64,000 nt of DNA from Thiomargarita sp. (GCA_020720115.1 DYPD01000001.1:3044-67043), one strand, 5' to 3'; positions 10,439 to 20,666 are shown, counted from the stretch's first letter. Translations and numbers: made by a program. The notes: generated by a model not told the origin, from the sequence alone.

Positions 10439-10951
10439 ATGTCCAGTCAATTCAAACTGATTCAAGCGGATATTACCAGCTTAAGCCTGGATGCGATTGT
10501 CAATGCCGCGAATAATTCACTGCTCGGCGGTGGCGGCGTAGACGGCGCTATTCACCGTGCGGCGGGCGCACAGTTGTTAGCCGAGTGCCGCGCCCTAAAC
10601 GGCTGTGCCACTGGCGCTGCGAAAATTACCCAAGGCTACCGCTTGCCAGCGCGTTACATCATTCACACCGTTGGACCCATTTGGCAAGGCGGGCAGGCGG
10701 GTGAAGCAGAATTACTCGCAGCTTGCTACCAAAACAGCCTGCAATTGGCGTTGGAGTACGGTTGCAAAAGTATTGCATTGCCTGCCATCAGTTGCGGCGT
10801 CTATGGCTATCCCATTGAACTTGCTACACCAATTGCTGTGCAACAGTGCCGCGCTTGGTGCGCCGCGCATCCAGGTATTGAAACCCTGTATTTTGTGGCT
10901 TTTAACCAGGCTGTAAAACAGGCTTACGAACAGGCTCTAACCCTATGTTAA
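10439..10951 (+). CDS. ymdB: macro-domain protein, O-acetyl-ADP-ribose deacetylase type
   Basis: [36 protein letters not shown] and [10 protein letters not shown]. The start is taken at the internal ATG 10439 (MSSQFKL) rather than the track start 10358. Confidence 0.85.
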   Translation: MSSQFKLIQADITSLSLDAIVNAANNSLLGGGGVDGAIHRAAGAQLLAECRALNGCATGAAKITQGYRLPARYIIHTVGPIWQGGQAGEAELLAACYQNSLQLALEYGCKSIALPAISCGVYGYPIELATPIAVQQCRAWCAAHPGIETLYFVAFNQAVKQAYEQALTLC

Positions 10952-11805
10952 TTAACAAACTTTGTATTATCGGTGTGGGGCTAATCGGCGGCTCGCTGGC
11001 GCGGGCGCTGAAAGCCGCAGGCGAATGCGCTGAAGTGGTCGGCTGCGGACGCAATGCAGAAAACCTGCAAAAAGCCGTCGAATTGGGCGTCATTGATAGC
11101 TATTACAGCGACATGCGTAGTGCTGCTGAGGGCGCGGATGTGGTCGTGGTAGCGACGCCATTGGGCGCAATGGCGGAGGCTTTCGCGCAAATCGCCCCGG
11201 TGTTGCGTGAGGACGCACTGATTACCGATGTAGGCAGCACCAAAGCCAGCGTGGTAGCAGATGCTCGCGCCCACCTCGGCGCTCATTTTCCGCGCTTTGT
11301 GCCTGGGCATCCTATCGCCGGATCAGAGCAAAACGGCGTAACTGCTTCCTTTGCTGAGCTTTTTCAAAATCGTCGCGTGATTCTCACGCCGCTGCCGCAA
11401 ACTGACGCAAACGCGCACCAGCGCATCAAACGCATGTGGGAAATCACGGGCGCGGAAGTGGTGGATATGAATGTGGCGCATCACGATGAAGTGCTGGCGG
11501 CGACCAGCCATTTGCCGCATGTGCTGGCGTATACGCTGGTGGATTCACTGGCGCGAATGGAAGATCGGCGGGAAATTTTCCGCTTCGCAGCCGGCGGTTT
11601 TCGTGACTTTACCCGCATTGCCTCCAGTCATCCGCGCATGTGGCACGACATCTGTCTGGCTAATCAAACCGCTTTGGTGCATATGCTAGAAATCTTTGCG
11701 CATGATTTGCAAAAAGTGACCGATATGATTCGCTGTGCAGACAGCAAAGCTTTAGAAGAACTTTTCACCCGTGCTAAACAAAAACGAGATGAATTCAGTG
11801 GCTAA
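10945..11805 (+). CDS. tyrA: prephenate/arogenate dehydrogenase
   Basis: [18 protein letters not shown] Rossmann motif, [21 protein letters not shown]. Confidence 0.85.
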   Translation: MLINKLCIIGVGLIGGSLARALKAAGECAEVVGCGRNAENLQKAVELGVIDSYYSDMRSAAEGADVVVVATPLGAMAEAFAQIAPVLREDALITDVGSTKASVVADARAHLGAHFPRFVPGHPIAGSEQNGVTASFAELFQNRRVILTPLPQTDANAHQRIKRMWEITGAEVVDMNVAHHDEVLAATSHLPHVLAYTLVDSLARMEDRREIFRFAAGGFRDFTRIASSHPRMWHDICLANQTALVHMLEIFAHDLQKVTDMIRCADSKALEELFTRAKQKRDEFSG

Positions 11806-12361
11806 AGACTTATACGCAGCAATTAACACGGCATTACAAAGAGCGGGCGCAGAGGTGAGTGCCGCAGAAGCGCAAGGTGTTCTATGTGGCTTTTTATGTG
11901 CCAGTTTGGATTCCAATAGCAACGCTTGGATTGCATCGCTTTTACCAGCGATTGAAGACGGAGATGTATTAGCTCAACAAACCCAGCAGCTTTTAATTAA
12001 ATTACAAGGCTTCTATAGAGAACAATTAAACTCCAGTGATTTTCAATTTGCTTTATTGCTGCCAGACGACGAGCAGGCTTTGCAACAACGCTTAATTGAG
12101 CTTACCCGCTGGTGTGACGGTTTTACTTTAGGACTCAGTGTGGGTGGTTTAAGTCAGCAACGCAGTTTTGCTTTAAGCCAGGAAAGCCAAGAATTTTTAA
12201 CAGATGTGTTGAAATTTTCTGACTTAGAAACTGAATTAGCAGAAAATGAAGAACACGAAACTGCGTATATGGAATTGGTAGAATACCTTAAAGTAGGTAT
12301 TCTCACTTTATATGAAGATTGTCATCCTGCACAAATATTACCCGCATTAGGTATTCAATAG
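11771..12361 (+). CDS. ygfB: UPF0149 family protein YgfB
   Basis: AEAQGVLCGFLCA, LTRWCDGFTLGL and an acidic C-terminal region parallel E. coli YgfB. An alternative start is ATG 11789. Confidence 0.7.
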   Translation: MLNKNEMNSVAKDLYAAINTALQRAGAEVSAAEAQGVLCGFLCASLDSNSNAWIASLLPAIEDGDVLAQQTQQLLIKLQGFYREQLNSSDFQFALLLPDDEQALQQRLIELTRWCDGFTLGLSVGGLSQQRSFALSQESQEFLTDVLKFSDLETELAENEEHETAYMELVEYLKVGILTLYEDCHPAQILPALGIQ

Positions 12362-12364
12362 ATA

Positions 12365-13957
12365 GTGTCTTTTAATAGTTCTGCTTTTATTTCTGCAATA
12401 ATAAGAAACATACATGAAGAGGTTTATGCAATGGGTACTAGAGATGATGAGTTGCTGTTTGCTGCTGAATTACCAGAACAACCGCAGCCGCCAACGGAAA
12501 AAATAACCCGTTTATTGCACGATGCGCGCTGGAAGCTATTGGTGGTAGATGATGATGCTGATATTCATGCCGTAACCAAGTTGGTTTTTAAGGATTTTTC
12601 TTTTAACAACCAAGCCATTGAAATGCTTAATGCACAGAGCGCACAGCAAGCAGAAGCCTTGCTGCATGTGCATCCTGATATACATTTGGCGTTGATTGAT
12701 GTGGTGATGGAAACTGAGAATGCTGGGCTGCAATTGGTTGAATATATTCGTCATCAGTTAAAAAATTCTTTGATGCGTTTGCTGTTGCGCACCGGACAAC
12801 CCGGTCAAGCGCCTGAAGCGCATGTTATACAAGCTTATGATATTAATGGTTATTTAGAAAAAACTGAACTCACTGCGCAAAAGCTCATCAGTGCAGTGAC
12901 AACGGCGTTGCGTAGCTATGTGCAGATCAGCGAGCAGTCTCAGCAGCTTGAAAAGCTGCGTATTCATGCCGAAGCGGGGGAAAAGGCTAAACAAGCCTTT
13001 GTGGCAAATATTAGCCATGAAATTCGCACTCCCTTAAATGCGATTCAAGGTTTTGTGCAGAATCTGTTGCAAACCAATCCGACTTATAACCAGCAATCAG
13101 CCTTGAATATTATTTTGGATTCAAGCAAGCATTTAACTACCTTGATTGATGATTTGCTGGCGCTCGCTCGCCTTGAATCAGAAACGCAAAGTGTTCAAAT
13201 AGAAACCCTGTATTTGCCAGATTTTTTACGAGAGATCATTGAATTGAGTCGCCATTTAGCAGAACTGGCAGAGGTACATTGGGACGCCGAAGTAGAGCAA
13301 CCCATGCCGCATGAATTGACCACTGATGGGCAATTGTTGCGGCAAATATTGTTACGTTTGCTCAATAATGCGATTAAGTTTGCCACTGCACAGCCGCATG
13401 GACAGGGGCGCGTGGTCTTGCGAGTGCGCTATGAAGCACAAGCAATTCATTTTCGTATTGAAGATAACGGTCCTGGCATGAGCGACGCTGAAAAGCAGCA
13501 GGCGTTTGCCGCGTTTCAGCAAGGAGAAACTCGTGGCATGAAAAATCAAGGGCTTGGCATTGGTTTAACTTTGGGACAAAAATACCTGCGGTTGCTAGGG
13601 ACGGATTTGCAAATTAACTGTGTGCAACAGCAGGGTTGCCGTTTTCAATTTGCGCTGCCGCTCTCGGCGGCGACGCCTTGGGGCGAGGTGAAAAATGCCT
13701 GTGGCGTAGCACCGAAAAAGTCGCGGCGCCGAGAAATTGCGCCGCATGGCTTACCACCTGCGCCCTCATTAGAAAAATTGCAAAGTTTATATGAACTTGC
13801 GGTGCAGGGATATTTACAAGACATTGCCGATGAAGCCGAGCGTTTACACGAATGGGAGCCGCGTTTTCACCGCTTTGCTGATGAATTGCGCCGTTTAAGC
13901 GAAGATTTTGAAAAATCAAAATTATGCGAATATCTCAAAGCCTATTTAGACGCCTAA
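12365..13957 (+). CDS. hybrid response-regulator receiver / histidine kinase (REC-HisKA-HATPase)
   Basis: REC: KLLVVDDDADIHAV...LALIDVVM. H-box: FVANISHEIRTPLNAI. G-boxes: EDNGPGMS, GLGIGLTLG. No TM or sensor domain. The start is GTG 12365 or ATG 12431. Confidence 0.8.
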   Translation: MSFNSSAFISAIIRNIHEEVYAMGTRDDELLFAAELPEQPQPPTEKITRLLHDARWKLLVVDDDADIHAVTKLVFKDFSFNNQAIEMLNAQSAQQAEALLHVHPDIHLALIDVVMETENAGLQLVEYIRHQLKNSLMRLLLRTGQPGQAPEAHVIQAYDINGYLEKTELTAQKLISAVTTALRSYVQISEQSQQLEKLRIHAEAGEKAKQAFVANISHEIRTPLNAIQGFVQNLLQTNPTYNQQSALNIILDSSKHLTTLIDDLLALARLESETQSVQIETLYLPDFLREIIELSRHLAELAEVHWDAEVEQPMPHELTTDGQLLRQILLRLLNNAIKFATAQPHGQGRVVLRVRYEAQAIHFRIEDNGPGMSDAEKQQAFAAFQQGETRGMKNQGLGIGLTLGQKYLRLLGTDLQINCVQQQGCRFQFALPLSAATPWGEVKNACGVAPKKSRRREIAPHGLPPAPSLEKLQSLYELAVQGYLQDIADEAERLHEWEPRFHRFADELRRLSEDFEKSKLCEYLKAYLDA

Positions 13958-16098
13958 CTGCCCCAGCCGTTTGGCGTCTGCTGTTTTTGAACCTGAGCAT
14001 AACCCTGCTGTATTGGGGCATGTCGCATTTCGTTTGGGTGTTTTTTAATAAATTCGGCATGTTGCCCGCGCCCATTTGGCCTGCCGCTGCCCTGGCATTG
14101 AGCGCCGCTTTTATCTTTGGACGACAAGTGACGGTGGGTATTTATGTCGGTGCAGTGTTAGCCAATTGGCTCTCTTTGCAAACCCTCTTGCCGGTTGCCT
14201 TGGGTATTGGCGTTATGAACACCCTCGCGCCTGTGCTAACCGCGCATCTGATCCGCAGTCATATGCACGTCAATCCGCCATTTCGCACCGTGCATGATAT
14301 TTTTGCGTTTATCTTCTTTGGGGTGTTGCTACATGCGGCGCTCACAGCGACTGGCGGCGCTGGCTCGTTGCTGTTTGCTGGACGCGCTGCGCTCGGTATG
14401 ATTGCCGAAATTTGGTTACGCTGGTGGTTGGCACACGCCAGTGGCGTCGTGTTATTGTCGCCCTTGCTGATTTTAATTTGGCATCGGCCTTCACTGACTT
14501 TGCTACACGGGCGTTGGTCAGAATTTTTGCTGCTGTTTATTCTATCCACTGCCTTGACCATTTTTATTTTTTTCTTCCTTAACAATAACTTGCATTTTCT
14601 TATCAGCTTACCCTGGCTGCTGCTTATTGTGTTGGTGTGGTGTTCGACACGCTTTGCCCAGCGCGAAACCAGTGTGTTGTTGACCACCTTATTGACCATC
14701 AGCATTGCTGCCACCGTCATGGGACACGGACCTTTTGCATCGCACAATAACCCATTGCCGATGGTTTCTTTAGGCATTATGGGGTTGGTGTTTGCCTTCA
14801 GCGCCTTAGTGCTGGGCGCAGTATCCTGCGAACGCCGCGAAGAAGCACGGCAATTTCGCCAACTGGTTGAACGCTCTCCAGTTGCCAAACTGGTGTACGA
14901 CATCGAAAGTCGGCGGATTCTGATGGCAAATTTGGTACTGGAAGAAACCTTTGGCACACCAACGAGAACTATGGATAACTTGCAAGACTGGTTAAGCCAA
15001 ATTTGCCCAGATGAACAACAGCGTGAACAACTGGCAGGACATTGGTATCAATTGGAACAAGAAGCACGCCAAGAACAGGGCATTCCGCAAATAGAAATCA
15101 AATTAAAAAATCAGCGCCTAGAATCACGTTATATGCGCATTTTCCTAGTGGTTATAGGTTCACGCTATGTCGCCACCTTTAATGACTTATCCGAAATAAA
15201 AACCTTTAATGAAGAACTGGAAGACCGCGTGCGACAACGCACCGATGAATTGCGCCGTAGCAATGAAGAACTTCGGGCATCTTTAGAGCAATTACACGAA
15301 GCACAAAATCAATTGGTCGAAGCAGAAAAAATGGCGGCTTTGGGTAGATTGGTGGCTGGCGTAGCGCACGAAATCAATACCCCCGTTGGTATTGGCGTGA
15401 CAGCAGCGACCCATTTGCAAATGAAACTGCAAGAACATCGTGCGACCTATGAACAAGGACAGCTTACTCGTGGTGCGTTTGAAAAACTGCTGAATGTTGC
15501 TGAAGAAAGTTGCAGCATTATTGAAGCAAATTTAGCCAAAGCCGCTGGCTTGATTCAAAGTTTCAAACGGGTTGCTGTTGACCAGGCTCATTTAGAAAAA
15601 CGCTGGTTTGAATTATCCGCTTATTTGGAAGAAGTGCTGCACACTTTGCAACCGCGTTTGAAATCTACGCCGCATCTGGTGTACTTAAATTGCCCGCCGG
15701 ACTTAAAAATCTATTCATACCCGGGAGTATTTTCACAAATTATCAGCAACTTTGTGCTCAATTCCTTAAAACACGGCTTAGATGTAGACCGTGCCGGACA
15801 AATGAAAATCTGTGTGCAATTGAAAGAAGATGAATTACTCCTGGATTATCACGACGACGGACGGGGCATTGCCGCTGAGCACTTGAAACACATTTTTGAG
15901 CCATTTTTCACCACCGCACGCGGGCGCGGCGGCACAGGATTGGGTTTGCACATCATCTACAACCTAGTCACCCAAACCTTGGGCGGGCAAATTGAATGCA
16001 GTAGCGCGCCCGGTCGAGGCGTGCATTTTACCGTCAAATTATCGCTACACAATTTGCGCGAAGACAGCAGCAAAAAACTGATGCCAACACCGAATTAG
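13924..16098 (+). CDS. membrane sensor histidine kinase (MASE1-like N-terminal domain, PAS-like, coiled coil, kinase core)
   Basis: About 8 TM helices at the N-terminus (WPAAALALSAAFIFG...). H-box LVAGVAHEINTPVGIG. ATPase DDGRGI and GGTGLGLHI. Overlaps the preceding kinase gene by 34 nt. Confidence 0.8.
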   Translation: MRISQSLFRRLTAPAVWRLLFLNLSITLLYWGMSHFVWVFFNKFGMLPAPIWPAAALALSAAFIFGRQVTVGIYVGAVLANWLSLQTLLPVALGIGVMNTLAPVLTAHLIRSHMHVNPPFRTVHDIFAFIFFGVLLHAALTATGGAGSLLFAGRAALGMIAEIWLRWWLAHASGVVLLSPLLILIWHRPSLTLLHGRWSEFLLLFILSTALTIFIFFFLNNNLHFLISLPWLLLIVLVWCSTRFAQRETSVLLTTLLTISIAATVMGHGPFASHNNPLPMVSLGIMGLVFAFSALVLGAVSCERREEARQFRQLVERSPVAKLVYDIESRRILMANLVLEETFGTPTRTMDNLQDWLSQICPDEQQREQLAGHWYQLEQEARQEQGIPQIEIKLKNQRLESRYMRIFLVVIGSRYVATFNDLSEIKTFNEELEDRVRQRTDELRRSNEELRASLEQLHEAQNQLVEAEKMAALGRLVAGVAHEINTPVGIGVTAATHLQMKLQEHRATYEQGQLTRGAFEKLLNVAEESCSIIEANLAKAAGLIQSFKRVAVDQAHLEKRWFELSAYLEEVLHTLQPRLKSTPHLVYLNCPPDLKIYSYPGVFSQIISNFVLNSLKHGLDVDRAGQMKICVQLKEDELLLDYHDDGRGIAAEHLKHIFEPFFTTARGRGGTGLGLHIIYNLVTQTLGGQIECSSAPGRGVHFTVKLSLHNLREDSSKKLMPTPN

Positions 16099-16493
16099 TG
16101 TTCAAGCCGGCAAGCTTCCCAAAGCGCCTGCACAGTCTCAGGCAGGCGCATGGGATCAAAAGGCTTGGGAATCACGCCCACCGCGCCTTGCGCTTTGTAG
16201 TCGGCAATTTCTTCTGGAGTGCTCTTAGAAGTCATAAAGACCACTGGAATATTTGCTAATTCAGGTGCTTGGCGTAGCAGTGCCAGGGTTTCTGAACCGC
16301 TCATACCGGTCATGATGACATCCAGCAAAATCAAATCGGGTGCAAAATCCAGCACTTCCACCAACGCCATTTCGCCGGAATCACACAGCTTCACCTCATA
16401 GCCGCCCAGTCGCCCTAAGCTGACCTCAACCATAGTGCGTAAATCTTGCGCATCATCCACATACATGATTTTTCGTAGCGGCGCTAAACTCAT
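16095..16493 (-). CDS. single-domain CheY-like response regulator
   Basis: IMYVDDAQD, DLILLDVIMTGMSG, VVFMTSK, GVIPKPF. Confidence 0.85.
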   Translation of the reverse strand: MSLAPLRKIMYVDDAQDLRTMVEVSLGRLGGYEVKLCDSGEMALVEVLDFAPDLILLDVIMTGMSGSETLALLRQAPELANIPVVFMTSKSTPEEIADYKAQGAVGVIPKPFDPMRLPETVQALWEACRLEH

Positions 16494-16545
16494 TGTTCTA
16501 TCCTTATAAAACCTTATTAATCAGGTGGTTGATGAAAATTCAATG

Positions 16546-17484
16546 TTACAGTGGGGCGGGCACTTTGTGCAAAACCTCCTCCACCACCATGACTGCTTGC
16601 TGCCCGGCAAAACGTGCTTGTGAATCCATTTTCAAACGGTGCGCTATCACAGGCACCGCGATTTCTTGAATGTGCTCTGGCGCCACATAATCCAAGGCAT
16701 CAAAAGCGGCTAACGCCTGCGCGGTTTTCATCAATGCCAGTGCCGCACGCGGGCTTGCGCCCATGGCCACGCCTGGCATTTCGCGGGTTGCCCGCACCAG
16801 CGCCACAATATAATGTTGCAATTCTTGGCTAATTGCCACTGCTTGCACTTGCGCCCGTAGGGTTTGGATGTCCTCGCGGCTGGCGCAGGTGGCTAAAGTA
16901 TCCAGCGGATCAGCCTGTGCCTGGCGTTGGGTCAGGATTTGTACTTCGGCTTCCTGCGACACATAGCCCAAACTAAAGCGTAGCGCAAAACGATCCATTT
17001 GTGCTTCAGGTAACGGGTAAGTCCCATGAAATTCCACAGGATTTTGTGTGGCTATGACAAAAAATGTCGGACTGAGCGGATAGCGTTTGCCATCCAAACT
17101 CACTTGCCGTTCGCCCATCGCTTCTAACAGCGCCGACTGTGCACGCGGCGAAGCACGGTTAATTTCATCTGCCAGCAAAATTTCGGTAAAAACCGGTCCT
17201 TGATGAAAACGAAAGGTCTGCGCTTGCTGATCAAAAATAGAGACACCGAGAATATCTGAAGGCAATAAATCCGGTGTGAATTGGATGCGATTGAAATCCG
17301 CATTTAAAGATTTAGATAAAGCTTTGGCTAAAGTGGTTTTACCTGTCCCTGGCAAATCTTCTAGCAACACATGCCCGCCACTGGCAAAAGCAGCTAAGAG
17401 CTTACGAATCGCATCCCTATGTCCTTGAATCAGCGTTTGAATATTGGTTAGAATCTTTTGATAAATCTCAGTGGCATGTGGCAT
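16546..17484 (-). CDS. MoxR-family AAA+ ATPase
   Basis: GHVLLEDLPGTGKTTLAKALSK, LLADEINRASPRAQSALLEAM, ATQNPVEFHGTYPLPEAQMDRF. Confidence 0.9.
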   Translation of the reverse strand: MPHATEIYQKILTNIQTLIQGHRDAIRKLLAAFASGGHVLLEDLPGTGKTTLAKALSKSLNADFNRIQFTPDLLPSDILGVSIFDQQAQTFRFHQGPVFTEILLADEINRASPRAQSALLEAMGERQVSLDGKRYPLSPTFFVIATQNPVEFHGTYPLPEAQMDRFALRFSLGYVSQEAEVQILTQRQAQADPLDTLATCASREDIQTLRAQVQAVAISQELQHYIVALVRATREMPGVAMGASPRAALALMKTAQALAAFDALDYVAPEHIQEIAVPVIAHRLKMDSQARFAGQQAVMVVEEVLHKVPAPL

Positions 17485-17664
17485 ACAAGTTCATTTATTT
17501 AGGCAGTTCTATAAGAAAAATCAAAGAAAAATGCGGAACAAATTCCAACATTTTCTCGGTTTTATGGCGGTCGCACAGACGCACAGACCGAAGAAGCATT
17601 CCCTTCAGCTTTTGGACATTTTACCCTCTTAACCCCTTTCCATATACAGAAACATCATTTTTCT

Positions 17665-17730
17665 CGTGCCCGCATTCCACGCGGCGTGACGTGGCGGTTT
17701 TCGCGTGCGGGCGTTCCACGCTGCATGAGC
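17665..17730. repeat. two imperfect ~27-bp direct repeats in the moxR/yfgM intergenic region
   Basis: cgtgcccgcattccacgcggcgtgacg (17665-17691) and cgtgcgggcgttccacgctgcatgagcg (17703-17730). tgcccgca and tgcgggc are also mutually complementary. Confidence 0.4.
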
Positions 17731-17862
17731 GATTCCGAAGTTCAGCCTGTCAGTACAAGACGCCTGATTGGATTTGCGATAGAATACCCGTCTTTTGACA
17801 GCAGGCTGGCAAGCACCCTGGTGTTGGCTGGGTGAGCACTTCTATATTTTTAGGAATTTATC

Positions 17863-18654
17863 GTGGCAACTTACGAAACGGAAGAAGAACAAATCGAAGC
17901 CATTAAAAAATGGTGGAAGGATAATGGGCAGTCCGTAGTGGTGGGGATTGCGTTGGGTTTTACGCTGTTATTTGGCTGGCATACCTGGCGTAATTATCAG
18001 GAAAGTCAGGCGGAGCAGGCGTCTTATACTTATGAAGAGGTGTTCTCTTTAGCACAACAAAATCAGCCAGATAAGATGACTGCGGTCGCGCAAAAGTTGC
18101 TTGCTGATCATCCAAATAGCACCTATGCGGTGCTGACGGCGTTTTTGCAAGCGCAGCAAAATGTGAAAGCGGATCAATTGGAAGCGGCTAAAGCGAATTT
18201 GCAATGGGTGATTGATAATGCGGATTTGCCAGAGTTGAAAAGCCTGGCGTATTTGCGTAAGGCGCGTTTGCTGATGGATGCGAAGGCGCTGGAAGCCGCG
18301 CAACAGGCGCTTGATGAGGTGCATATTAAAGCCTATGAGGGGCTAAAAAATGAGTTGCAAGGGGATATTTATTTGGCGCAAAACAGCCCGAAAGATGCCC
18401 TGGCGGCTTATGCGAAGGCTTTGCAGGATGAGTCCTTGTCTGCGCAGCAGCGCAGTTGGCTGGAGATGAAGTGGGATAACTTGGGTGGCGATGCGCAAGC
18501 AGTCAGTGCGCCTAATGTGCTGCCGCCAGAGTGGTTGTTGATTCCGTCTGACGTGTTGGCGAATGCGGCGACGGCGGGCTTGCAAGCGCAAGAAGCGATG
18601 GCTACGCCGGTGACTATTAATCTGTCTTCTCCCACCCTTGATGTTGTGCAATAG
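17863..18654 (+). CDS. yfgM: YfgM-family membrane-anchored TPR-like protein
   Basis: GTG start. EEEQIEAIKKWWKDNGQSVVVGIALGFTLLFGW is the typical YfgM N-terminus. Located upstream of bamB, as in other gammaproteobacteria. Confidence 0.75.
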   Translation: MATYETEEEQIEAIKKWWKDNGQSVVVGIALGFTLLFGWHTWRNYQESQAEQASYTYEEVFSLAQQNQPDKMTAVAQKLLADHPNSTYAVLTAFLQAQQNVKADQLEAAKANLQWVIDNADLPELKSLAYLRKARLLMDAKALEAAQQALDEVHIKAYEGLKNELQGDIYLAQNSPKDALAAYAKALQDESLSAQQRSWLEMKWDNLGGDAQAVSAPNVLPPEWLLIPSDVLANAATAGLQAQEAMATPVTINLSSPTLDVVQ

Positions 18655-18676
18655 AACGCTTGGAGGCATCTATTTT

Positions 18677-19855
18677 ATGAAGCCAAATTTTATGCTGCTG
18701 AGTGTTACGCGCTTTGCGATTGCTTTGGGATTGGGCGGTTTGCTGGCGGGCTGCGGTTGGTTTGGCGCTAAGGATAATATTGAGCCGCCGTCGCCGTTGG
18801 TGAACCTGGTTTCGGGGTTTCAAACGCCAGTGCTGTGGCAAAATAATACGGGTGCTAAGCTTAAGGGCAATGCGCTGAAATTGCGTCCAGCAGTGCATGG
18901 AAATCAATTGCTTATCGCCACACCAGCGGGTGAGGTGGAAAGTCTGAATCTGGACAATGGCGCAAGTCTGTGGCGTTCGCGCTTGAAGTTTGATTTAACC
19001 GGCGGTCCGGGCGTGAGTGAGGATTTGGTGCTGGTGGGCGGACGCAAAGGGGATGTGGTGGCTTTGTCGCTGAGCGATGGCAGCGAACTCTGGCGTGTGC
19101 AGGTGTCTAGTGAGGTTTTGTCTGCACCGCAAGCGGCTCACGGTATTGTGATTGTGCGTAGTGTGGATGGTAAACTCACGGCTTTGAGTGCTAAAAATGG
19201 GCAACGTCTGTGGGTTTATGAGCGCCAAGTGCCGCTGCTGAGTTTGCGTGGCACCAGCACGCCGATGATTGATGGCAGCACTGTTTATGCAGGATTTGAC
19301 AGTGGTTATCTGAGCGCCGTTAATCTCGATGACGGTAAGCCTTTGTGGGAAACCCGCTTGAGCCAACCCAGCGGGCGTTCGGAATTAGAGCGAATGGTAG
19401 ACATTGATGCTGACCTTGCGATGTTTAAGGGCGTGTTGTTTATCACCGGTTTTCAAGGACGTACTGTGGCTTTTGATGTGCTTAAGGGCGAGGCGTTGTG
19501 GAATAAGGAAACTTCTTCTTACAGCGGCTTGGCGGTGGATGACCAAGCGGTTTATCTCAGCGATAGCCAAGGTTATGTGCAAGCCTTTGATCGCTATAGC
19601 GGGCGCGTTTTGTGGCAACAAGAAAAACTACAATACCGCCGCCTGAGTGCACCCGCATTGGTTGGCAATTACCTGGTGGTGGGCGATTTTGAGGGCTATT
19701 TGCATTGGTTGCGCAAAGAAGATGGACAATTTGCCGCACGCACAGAAACCGATAAATCCGGGCTACGCATCGCGCCGATAGCGACCGACAAGGGTTTACT
19801 GGTACTCACCAATCAGGGTACGCTGTATCTGCTACAAACACCGCCACCCGCATGA
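18677..19855 (+). CDS. bamB: outer-membrane protein assembly factor BamB
   Basis: Lipobox LLAGC. Repeated PQQ-like blades (LWRSRL, LWRVQV, LWVYE, LWETRL, ALWNKE, VLWQQE). GGAGG lies 10 nt upstream of ATG 18677. Confidence 0.85.
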   Translation: MKPNFMLLSVTRFAIALGLGGLLAGCGWFGAKDNIEPPSPLVNLVSGFQTPVLWQNNTGAKLKGNALKLRPAVHGNQLLIATPAGEVESLNLDNGASLWRSRLKFDLTGGPGVSEDLVLVGGRKGDVVALSLSDGSELWRVQVSSEVLSAPQAAHGIVIVRSVDGKLTALSAKNGQRLWVYERQVPLLSLRGTSTPMIDGSTVYAGFDSGYLSAVNLDDGKPLWETRLSQPSGRSELERMVDIDADLAMFKGVLFITGFQGRTVAFDVLKGEALWNKETSSYSGLAVDDQAVYLSDSQGYVQAFDRYSGRVLWQQEKLQYRRLSAPALVGNYLVVGDFEGYLHWLRKEDGQFAARTETDKSGLRIAPIATDKGLLVLTNQGTLYLLQTPPPA

Positions 19856-20640
19856 TTTTGCTGTCCTGGTGGGATTTACTGCTAGGTGCTTCGTTGCTCT
19901 TTGCCCTAGCAGCCTTGTGCGCTCTGATCGGTTTACTCAGCATGACTCAGCGCATCTTGATCGCCGCCACCCGTGCCTTCGTACAACTGCTGGCTATTGG
20001 CTTCATCCTCAAATATCTTTTCTTCCAATCCCACCCCGGACTTACCTTGCTGATGGCTTGCGTTATGTTGCTGGCTGCCAGCTACGAAGTGCTTCATCAG
20101 CAACACCGCCGCTTTAACGGCTGGTGGGGGTTTGGACTAAGCAGTGGCGCGATTGCGCTCTCTTCGCTCCCAGTCGCGGTCTTTACCCTATTGTTTTTGT
20201 TGCAGCCGCAGCCCTGGTATGCGCCCCAATATTCCATCACCCTCATGGGCATCTTGGTTGGCAATGTCATGAGCGGCGTCGCCCTGGGATTAGAACGGCT
20301 CACCCATTCAGTGGTACAACAAAAAAACGCCTTGGAAGCCCGCTTAATGCTGGGGCATACCTGGAGCGAAACCATCAGCAGCATTCGCCTAGACAGCGTG
20401 CGCACGGGTTTGATTCCGCTACTCAACAGCATGGCAGCAGCAGGCATCATCACCTTACCAGGCATGATGACCGGACAAATCATGGCGGGCGCATTGCCCG
20501 TAGAAGCAGTCAAGTATCAGATTCTCATGTTTTTGCTGATTGGTGCGAGTACAGGGTTTGGCACAGTGCTGGCGGTATTTATAGGCGCACGGCGTTTGTT
20601 TGATCAGCGCGAACGCTTGCGCCTGGATAGACTCACCTAA
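19852..20640 (+). CDS. fetB: FetB/YbbM-type (UPF0014) ABC-like permease
   Basis: RAFVQLLAIGFILKYLF and LPGMMTGQIMAGALPVEAVKYQILMFLLIG parallel E. coli FetB. ATGA start/stop overlap with bamB. Confidence 0.75.
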   Translation: MILLSWWDLLLGASLLFALAALCALIGLLSMTQRILIAATRAFVQLLAIGFILKYLFFQSHPGLTLLMACVMLLAASYEVLHQQHRRFNGWWGFGLSSGAIALSSLPVAVFTLLFLLQPQPWYAPQYSITLMGILVGNVMSGVALGLERLTHSVVQQKNALEARLMLGHTWSETISSIRLDSVRTGLIPLLNSMAAAGIITLPGMMTGQIMAGALPVEAVKYQILMFLLIGASTGFGTVLAVFIGARRLFDQRERLRLDRLT

Positions 20641-20666
20641 AAAAACTGCCAAATGGCGGTTTTTTT
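20640..20666. terminator. bidirectional terminator-like hairpin
   Basis: aaaaaaCTGCCaaatGGCGGttttttt between convergent genes. The stem is short (5 bp, one G-U pair). Confidence 0.5.

Noticed and set aside
14259-14957. 232-aa minus-strand ORF
   Set aside because: Antisense to the membrane domain of the MASE1-type kinase. It is a typical shadow ORF.
17478-17798. 106-aa ORF in the moxR/yfgM spacer
   Set aside because: No RBS. The composition is unlike neighbouring genes, and it spans the GC-rich repeats.
20124-20603. 159-aa plus-strand and 138-aa minus-strand ORFs inside the fetB-like gene
   Set aside because: These are alternative-frame or antisense shadows of a gene with strong family motifs.
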